Below are positions 55,130-64,000 of a DNA stretch of 64,000 nucleotides, in pieces (position 1 is the stretch's first letter; every line of letters starts with the position of its first letter). The notes beneath the pieces are model-generated. The model had not been told where the DNA came from, did no database searches, and saw nothing but the letters and a program-made list of their open reading frames with translations. This DNA comes from Spirogloea muscicola. Its lineage: Eukaryota. Location: contig WELB01000014.1 of NCBI GenBank assembly GCA_009602725.1, positions 970,437-1,034,436 of the forward strand, written 5' to 3'. A program made the translations under genes and the position numbers.

Positions 55130-58100
55130 TTACGTGAGACGATGATGAGGTGGTCGCCGAAAGTACTTTCGGAGTGGCTCTAAGGAGGCCTCGACTTGCT
55201 CTCGATACTTCGAGTGGTACAGGGCTGCGCCTGCAACGCAGGCCACGGCTGTGACCAGGACCACATTCCTGATGTACCGGGACGTTGGCGTGCTGCCAGA
55301 CCTCTCGTTCTTCACCTCCTTACTTGCTTTCCTCAAATTCTCAGTTGGGGCCTCGGAGAAGTCGAAGACCAACTTCAATGACTGCAGGTACACCACAACA
55401 AGGTGCCTTGTGGACTTGAGTATTTGATTATGTTACAACAGTATGATACGGTGCAAAGGTATTGAGATATGCAAAAGCCCGCCAATGCATGATGCTGTAT
55501 GTCAGGTCGCAGCTTGATGATGAAGCTAAAGCTCTTGCATGCTCCCGGGCATCTCCTTCTACTGAATAGCTGGCATGCAGCCATCTTCTGCTTATTTTGA
55601 AAATAAATTAGAAGGCGAAGAGAGTCAAGTGCCGAGTACCTTAAGGCCTGTGGTGCGTGCAAAGCTTACTGCAGCAGAAAGATCTTCGTCCGAGTTGAGT
55701 AGCACCTTATCCTTCTCATCATCCTCATACTGAAGAGAAACGAAAGCAGGTCAGTGAGCTAGTGAAGCAGCGGACCTCAGAGTCAACTAAATCGTCTATA
55801 CTATTTCAGTGATGCCACTTACCAGAACGGAGGGAGGATTGTCTGGGTCGAAATCACTTCCTAACCTCCCGGCAACGGCCACAACGAGCTCTGTCAAACT
55901 CTCTGTGCCTGCCACGTACACAAACGTGTAAACTTTGTCTCAGTCAAGAGGGTTGCAACGAATGTAGTACCACACCCTGCGCTAGAAAAGGCAGTAGTCT
56001 TCAAGAATATTTCTACTCCAATTTATGGAAAGTCCTACTTAGATTTCTTGCAGTCATGTCACTCCTACTCTTGTAGACATACATCAACATAAGTCAATGA
56101 AGACCAAGCTACTTGAGTGAGGTAAAATCACATCAAGTGGTTGAAGATCACATGCGCACCACAGGAGAAGCGATGCACACGCCCCTTCAGATCTTCCATC
56201 TTGAAAGAAAATACATGGTCAACCTGAGCACCTCCTCTCATCCCATTTGGATGCGATATCTCACTATCGTAGATACTGCAGATGGAGATGCAGTGATTAT
56301 CAGGCTTCACTTCAGAGTAAAATATCATTGCAAGTCATTTGCCAACCCTACAAGGGTCAGCTGCCTGACATAGACTGTCTCCTGAAAAGGGAGCCAGTAG
56401 TCAATCAAACAATGTAGGCACCACAAGTAGCTAATGCCACCCTGACAGACTCTAAGGTATATTTGTCTTTTGTCTTATCTTAGCAGACCATGTCGCTAGT
56501 GTGTCGACTGACTAGAAGAAACATATCCCCTTGCTTACTGCACCTCTTAAGCTTGAACAATAACAGGTCATACTTTACCTGGTCTCATCCTCGTCCTCCG
56601 CTGCATCCAATGCCAGGGTGGAGTCCCAGAACTTCTGCATCATATTGTTTGCAGCTTCTGCTGCACTGCCAGCATTACCAACCTGCAAAAACAGCCGTTG
56701 GCAATGTAGCCCAACACAAGTCAGCTTGTGGCTCAGGCTAAGCTGGCGCCGGCTCCAAGCATACTCCTGGTGTGACGATTTGCAAAAGTCTAGGACGGCA
56801 CTTACAGCAGTTGCAACAGCTCCATGAGTCAGCTGTATTACATCCACACACGTCACAACATTGCCATCTGTACAGCAGAGTAAACAAGTAATGGTGTTAT
56901 CGATGCACCTCATGCGAACACGTCCATAAAGCAAACTTATCATGCAAGAGATGCAACATGAGCCCTTGTAGACAGGAATTACGAAGCATTTAGTAATCAC
57001 CACGGCGGCTATGTCATTTTGTCTATGCAGTGTCACTGGACAACCATACCTCTGTCGACTATGGGCAGATGTAAGAACTTTCCGTCGTGCATGATGTGAA
57101 GCGCATCCACAACAGTTGTGTCCAGAGCAGCACACTCTGGACTTGCCGTCATCACCTACATATGCGGGAAGTTTCTCTTGAATTTGTAATCTGCACATTA
57201 TTTCTCTTCTTAGAAATATATATGATACTTTGGCTATATCAAGCTCTGCACTCAGAGGCACAAGATCACTCACAGAGCAGGCAAGAATGGACTACACCAC
57301 TTCTTGAGCAACATCACAACATCGATTCCCAAGAGGATAACCAAGCCCCATGACATGCTTGACTAAGAGAAACAAACAGTACCTGGCTTATTGGAGTTTC
57401 ATCAGGTGACCGATTCATGGCTACCACACGAAGCAAAATATCCTTCGTCCTGTGTAGCATAGTGATCATTGTCTTAGTACAAGACACTGCTGAAACGTGT
57501 AGGAGTACTGTTGCTCTGCATGCCAGGGACTAAGCAAGCAATGAGATATCCTACGCGACTGACCTTCACCGACTTTATCCAGGTTCTTGCAGCACATCAT
57601 GAAGATCAAATCAGCTGTATACTACATTCACACTCACGTGAGGATGCCCAAGGGCTTGCTGCTACTCTCGTTTGTGACGATGACGGCACTGCTTTTGGCT
57701 TCTTTCATCTGCTTGGCTGCAGCGAACACAGAATCTCCAGGAGTTGCAATAGCTACCCTGCACATCCCGTGATGCACATAGGTAATACAGAGATTGATCA
57801 GCAGCTGTGCTCAACATGCCTTCGCAAAACTTGCAGTGCAGACTACAATGCTGATGAGGAGCAATATGCACATTCCTATGCACCTACTTGACTGGCACGC
57901 CATTGGATCTTGACTGGCAACAGGTAGGCAGCATAGTCTGGCACACAGCTTACCTGCTCTGATCACCTACAAGGGTTGAGAGAGTAGGCCGGAACATCCT
58001 CTCACGAAGTGTATCAATGAAGGTTGATGGAGCTGCCATGACCACCCAGCCAATCCAGTCAATAAGTGACTGCAATTTCTACAGAGGTACCACGCTCTCA

Positions 58101-59727
58101 CAATGTTGTCAAGAAGTCCCCCGCGAAGAGACGCTTCCTTTCTTCCACTAATTGCATGCCCACTCACATCACACTGCAGCTGCCAGAACTTGTACTTGTT
58201 GTAATACAGCAGGCTTGTCCTTGGGTCAATCTGCACACTGGGCGAGCAGAACCAGACCATTTCATGCCAGAGCATTGCGAGATAAACACACGTATAATTG
58301 TACCTGATATGGTGTTCCCAAATTCACGTTCCACGCCTTCCACAGCCGCAGCAATAGCGTTTCCCTTTTCTGCTGCTCTCTCCATGCGAGCAATAGCATC
58401 ATATAGGCACTTTGTAATGTCCAGCAGTGCTACAACTTCATTGTTCTCTACCACCGGCAGATGTCTGAAGCGACCTGCAGGAGCAGATCTTGTTCAGTGA
58501 AAGTGCAAGGGCATCAGATACCAGCTTCCATCTGATAATCAAGTATGAAGGCTGTACCCAGTCCTGAGCCAATTAAGAAAGGGAATGTCTGACAACAAAT
58601 GGCTTACCAGTGACCATTTTCTGCAGGGCTTCTACAGCAGATGTGTCAATGTTAACAAACAGGGGATTCCTAGTCATGACAGCTGACACAGGCGTGTCAT
58701 CCACACTTCGTCCCTCTGCAATGACTCGAAGAGCTATATCCTGCAGTATTGCAAGATGGCAACAGTGTGAGAGGCCAGATGTGCACTGTGCATGTGCTCA
58801 AGTAACTAAGGCTTGGTTGAGAACCCTAAACAGCACTTATAGGCCAGACAAGCAGCTGAGGAGGACTATTAGCCAACAATGGATATCAAGCAGATCGAAC
58901 GCTTGATGTTGGCTGCAAAAAATCTTGCCAAATGGAAAACTGCTAAGAACTTTGAAGTGTGAGTGTGCAAGTGTGCAGTTCAAGCAAAAGGACTGTGTAT
59001 GTAGACGACCTTGTCGGTAACAATACCGCACAAGAGAGCATTCGAATCTGTCAAGAGAGCAGCATCCACTCTTCGAGCCGCCATGCGACGGCAAGCATCT
59101 GCTATGGTTGTTGTATCAGGAATTGTCAAAGCCTTTGATAGCTTGAGCCTCCTCACAGTCCGTTCCCCTGGTCTGTGTGTAGATTGTAAGCAAGAGAAGC
59201 AGTGAGTAACGGGGCAAAGGAAAGTGCTGACCATGGCTAGGTGGACTGCGATGTCCAATGAGGACCTCAACCTAGAATGGCCGCAGCTTCTTCTACTGCC
59301 AGAAGTCTATGCCATGCAATTCCACGTACCATGAGCTTGACAACTCTACTACGGAGTTGCTCAGTCACACCACTGTCTCCGAATGTGGATGTACCCCTAT
59401 GGATATGCTATGTAGATTACGGATGATGATTGCCAGCTCACAAGGGCCATGACAACCATACACAAGGAAGGACAGAAAGTAGATGAGATGCTTCCACGAA
59501 TCTCTCCTTGAACGCTACTTGAGCTCCAGCAAGTGTCTGCCTCCGTTCGATGGAAGAGTGGGAAGTGGACGAGCCAGGCATCCAGTGCTTGTGCCTACCT
59601 GCCATCGGCCCCCTTCTTCACGCCGTTACTGGCCTGGCTGCCCTTGCGGCGGGTGGTGGAGCCCTTCTTGGAGGGCGCGCGCCGGGGGCCGCCGACGGCG
59701 CCGGCGCCGCCACCGCCGCCGCCACCG
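55130..59727 (-). CDS. CBS-CBS-PB1 domain protein with C-terminal transmembrane anchor (CBSCBSPB family); start in gap
   Basis: GERTVRRLKLSKALTIPDTTTIADACRRMAARRVDAALLTDSNALLCGIVTDK, FRHLPVV, LLDITKCLYDAIARMERAAEKG, PB1 FSFKMEDLKGRVHRF and YEDDEKDKVLL, C-terminal hydrophobic VVLVTAVACVAGAALY. Confidence 0.93.
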
Positions 59728-60571
59728 NNNNNNNNNNNNNNNNNNNNNNNNNNNNNNNNNNNNNNNNNNNNNNNNNNNNNNNNNNNNNNNNNNNNNNNNN
59801 NNNNNNNNNNNNNNNNNNNNNNNNNNNNNNNNNNNNNNNNNNNNNNNNNNNNNNNNNNNNNNNNNNNNNNNNNNNNNNNNNNNNNNNNNNNNNNNNNNNN
59901 NNNNNNNNNNNNNNNNNNNNNNNNNNNNNNNNNNNNNNNNNNNNNNNNNNNNNNNNNNNNNNNNNNNNNNNNNNNNNNNNNNNNNNNNNNNNNNNNNNNN
60001 NNNNNNNNNNNNNNNNNNNNNNNNNNNNNNNNNNNNNNNNNNNNNNNNNNNNNNNNNNNNNNNNNNNNNNNNNNNNNNNNNNNNNNNNNNNNNNNNNNNN
60101 NNNNNNNNNNNNNNNNNNNNNNNNNNNNNNNNNNNNNNNNNNNNNNNNNNNNNNNNNNNNNNNNNNNNNNNNNNNNNNNNNNNNNNNNNNNNNNNNNNNN
60201 NNNNNNNNNNNNNNNNNNNNNNNNNNNNNNNNNNNNNNNNNNNNNNNNNNNNNNNNNNNNNNNNNNNNNNNNNNNNNNNNNNNNNNNNNNNNNNNNNNNN
60301 NNNNNNNNNNNNNNNNNNNNNNNNNNNNNNNNNNNNNNNNNNNNNNNNNNNNNNNNNNNNNNNNNNNNNNNNNNNNNNNNNNNNNNNNNNNNNNNNNNNN
60401 NNNNNNNNNNNNNNNNNNNNNNNNNNNNNNNNNNNNNNNNNNNNNNNNNNNNNNNNNNNNNNNNNNNNNNNNNNNNNNNNNNNNNNNNNNNNNNNNNNNN
60501 NNNNNNNNNNNNNNNNNNNNNNNNNNNNNNNNNNNNNNNNNNNNNNNNNNNNNNNNNNNNNNNNNNNCGGC

Positions 60572-60602
<31 letters not shown>

Positions 60603-60643
60603 GCGCTCGCCTGCGCTGGCCTCGCCTCCTCCCAGGCCGCGCC

Positions 60644-63600
60644 ATGCAGGGTGCTGCCTCTCCCGTTGGCTTTCGAGGCGGCAGGTTCGCGCCTCCAGCA
60701 CGGCCGCCGAATCCATCAGCTGGTCCAGCATGCGGTTTACCGGCGGTTCTGCAGTGACGCCTGTCTCGTCTCGGTGTTACTCGTCGTGGCGCCAATGGTT
60801 AAGATGACGGCTTTCCCGTTAAGAGGAGCGTCAGTCTGCCATCGTGCAGGTCGTTGCTGGCCCAAGATGCGCACCACGGTTGCACCTGCCTTCATGGCAG
60901 GCAGCGGGCCTTCGCCTACCCTGTCTCGGGCCCGCGCCACCTCGCGGCCTCCAGCGGCCAGTACCACGCCGGGCTCCGCCTGGACGCCGACGTCCTCGCC
61001 GAGAGCCACGAGCTGAGGCGGACGCTGAAGACCAAGGTCATGGCAGCCAAGCGGGGCTCGCTGCGGACACTAATCAACGGCGAGGAGCACACTGATGCAG
61101 ATAGGAGGCAGCAGGAGAAGGTACATTGAATGCACGACATCAAATTTTTGTGGTTTTGTAATGTGGACTGTGCAGGTAGCCAGAGTACTTGGGTGTGGCT
61201 GCTCTCAAAGCGGGGCTTGCAGTCTGGTTGTTGCTTATAGCTGACATGAAGTCGGTGATCAGGTCAATTTTGTGCTTAAGTATTTAGGATATTAAGGATA
61301 AAAGGCTGGGAATAGCCTGTGCCTGCTTGGGCAAACTCAATCACGTTATAGAGACAGTTATAAGATGTGTGGTTGTAATTCTAAGTCCTAGTGTTTACGA
61401 GCACAAGACTACAATAACAAGTAGGCCTTTGCCTTGCAGCAAGCTGCTCTGGAGGCAGCCATATCGGATATCAATCGTACTTTTGGCAAGGGGAGCATCT
61501 CACGACCTGGCGGTGATGTTCCAGCTGTGTAAGCCAGTGCCAGTTTTGGCTGCCCTTGGACTGACAGGAGCTAAGTGGTATTAAAAGTTAATACCACTTA
61601 GCAAATTCTGAATCATTCTAGCCAGTTCATTCATGCAGTTCTCATGCTTGTACAGAATCTTTTTCGACGAGGCAGTTGATGACCGGCCCAGAAGCGAAGA
61701 GGGTGTCGCTCATTATACTGAATTGATGTCTAATTGCGGATAGTGATGCATAGTGACTAGGATTCAATATCGTCTGACTGCAGTGAGAAATTTTCGAGTG
61801 GCGTTCTGCCATTGGACATTGCCCTTGATGGTGGCCTTCCCAAGGGGCGAATAGTGGAGGTTAGTCACTCATGCCTGCCATGCTGAGTTTCTTACCATCC
61901 TGTAACTATCACCTTATCTCCCCTCATCAAGTCGGTTGCTATCTGGGTTTCATAAGATGCTGTTAGAAGTGGGCAACTAATGCACGCACTCTCTGCACAC
62001 TCCACTCTGAACACTTCACATACACTCACAAGCCCTGTACCTGCAGATTTACGGGCCAGAGAGCAGTGGAAAGACGACTCTTGCCATGGTTGCTGTTGCA
62101 GAAATCCAGGTATATATAATCTAGGTGGCATGATGTATTCTACTTCCGGCTTTGATACCCCTGATTGCAAGCGAGAGATTTGCGAGCTATACGTGTGGGC
62201 TTGCTTGTGCCAGTTGAGGTGCCTACAGCAGAAGTACTTTTGTGTACTGAGATTTCTTTGAAAATGACAAGTATGCTCCTGGCAAAACGTTGTGCAGAAG
62301 GGGGGTGGTAATGCTGTGCTACTTGATGCGGAGCATGCTTTCGATGCTGCATATTCTGCAAGGCTGGGGGTGGATATTAACAATCTTGTCTTGTGTCAGC
62401 CTGACAATGGGGAGATGGGGCTTGAAAGTGAGCCTCTCCATATTGACTCGCTTTCTGTAGCAAGTCTTCTGACGTAAGCTAAAAGGGAGGAGATCATTAC
62501 CAGGATAATTGATTGATGTCTATCTCATGTTTTTTCTTTGCCAGTTGTTGACAAGATGATGCGGTCTGGGGCCATTGACCTGGTGGTTGTTGACTCAGTC
62601 TCGGCATTGACTCCCAGATCAGAGATTGAGGTATATTTGTCATTCATCTCTTCCTCTTTGTTTTCCTCTGGATAAATATCAGCAAGTATTGGGGAGACAT
62701 CAACAGTATAGATGCTTCTATCCAAGATCGTTGCGTGTGCCCGTGCCCTCAGTAGATGGGTTACTTAAGCGATAAGTGCAGGTTCTGATTGAGTGGCGAT
62801 TGTGTTGGCATGTCAGGGCGATATTGGTATGATACAAGTGGGGACGCAAGCCCGGATGATGAGTCAGGCTCTCCGCAAGTTATCTGCCAATGCGTCCAAG
62901 TCAAATTGCACAATCATCTTCATCAACCAGATGAGATACAAGGTACCATGCATATTTTGATTGTATTAGGAATGGTCAATGAGGCGTCATTGACATTTCT
63001 GTTGCCTTACCTGCTTATGTCATTGACTGGAGTCATTGTTACTGGAGTCATTGTTGGGCAAGTAGATATGACACTGCCTTCTCGTTGTAGGATGCATCCG
63101 CTCTCCTAGCTCAATTCAGCAGCCAAGCTTGTCAGAGTGGACTAAGTGGGCAGCTTAGTAGCAGCTCTTGTTCATCAGAGATAGTGGGGTTCACCTGGCA
63201 TGATGGCAAGTATCTTGCTTCTGGGTCATCACCTACACTCCTCACAGGGGAGCATGTGAAAAGGTTAGATTGCAGCTTATGGGAATCCGGAGACAACGAG
63301 TGGCGGGGTTGCTCTCAAATACTACGCGTCCCTGCGCATGGAGATAAAACCTATTGGCCAGAAGATAAAAGGGGTAAGGCATTCCTTGATGAAGTTGCTG
63401 CATCCTTATGATCGGGTGGTTGCCCACAGGAATTGACAATCTCAAGTTGCTCCTTGTTACCTTGACGACCTTTTTGCCCCCACAATGCCAGCATTTACCT
63501 TTCTTGCATGTGGGCGTCTGTTTGCTTCTGCAGCCAAAGGATGAGGACATTGGTATACGGGCCAAAGTCCAGATCAAGAAAAGCAAGGTATGATGATTGC

Positions 63601-63922
63601 ATTGATCATGTCAGTTACCTTCAGTCATCTTCCCGCTTCTCACTAAGAATACGTCACGGATAGTGGTAAAGCTTATGAATGTTTCCAGGGAGGCTTATGC
63701 ATTAGGTAGTGCTAGGTCTGTATTTCTCAGATGATGAGACTTTCGCATGATAGGCAGCTTTTGACTCACTTTTGGTTATACATACAAGCAGCCGCCCGCC
63801 AGACCACCGATACGTCACTACTATCCCAGCTGAAGATTGTGGCCAACTCTAATGTGCAGGTTGGCCGACCAGCCAGGATTCTGGAATTTGACATAATATT
63901 TGGAGAGGGAATTCCTCGGCTG
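60644..63922 (+). CDS. RECA: Plastid-type RecA recombinase (nuclear-encoded), continues beyond the window
   Basis: [118 protein letters not shown]. Transit-peptide-like first two exons. Confidence 0.95.
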
Positions 63923-64000
63923 GTGAGTGTACGCCAGCTTGCTGACAGCCAGTCTTGTCTCATGTAAATATGTACACTTGATTCCGACTTCTGCAGGCAA

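Noticed and set aside
63020..63056. Short tandem duplication (actggagtcattgtt) in a RECA intron
   Set aside because: Ordinary slippage repeat with no evidence of function.
60644..63922. RecA, MoaC, LeuB and CobW as bacterial contamination or recent HGT
   Set aside because: All are interrupted by spliceosomal introns; RecA, CNX3 and IMD match known nuclear-encoded organellar plant genes.

Overview
Intron-rich eukaryotic nuclear DNA from a green plant-lineage organism. A streptophyte alga is inferred from land-plant-like orthologues, GC/CCG-rich 5' exons and TTTAGGG-type repeats in introns. About 16 spliced genes or gene fragments were reconstructed by eye: a bacterial-type GT-B glycosyltransferase (+), an extracellular LRR protein (-), a CxC3-like KDZ-transposase N-terminal relic (+), MoaC/CNX3 (-), PEX5 (+), a DUF455 ferritin-like protein (-), 3-isopropylmalate dehydrogenase (-), a serine carboxypeptidase (+), a SET/Rubisco-LSMT-like protein (-), a MAPEG/MGST3 (+, 5' missing), a SUB1-like O-fucosyltransferase-family gene (-, 5' missing), a CobW/COG0523 GTPase (-, 3' missing), an ATM-type ABCB half transporter (+), an A1 aspartic protease (+), a CBS-CBS-PB1 protein (-) and plastid-type RecA (+, runs off the window). 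There are three long N gaps and three single-N joins, so adjacency across them is uncertain. No rRNA, tRNA or CRISPR array was seen, and I found no unambiguous new multi-gene system. The best leads are the spliced KDZ-type cysteine-cluster gene, telomere-repeat clusters in early introns (one forms a perfect hairpin next to a splice donor), a SET-domain protein with an apparent signal peptide, the odd 5' end of the IPMDH gene, and the bacterial-type glycosyltransferase. All family calls come from motif recognition, not database searches.
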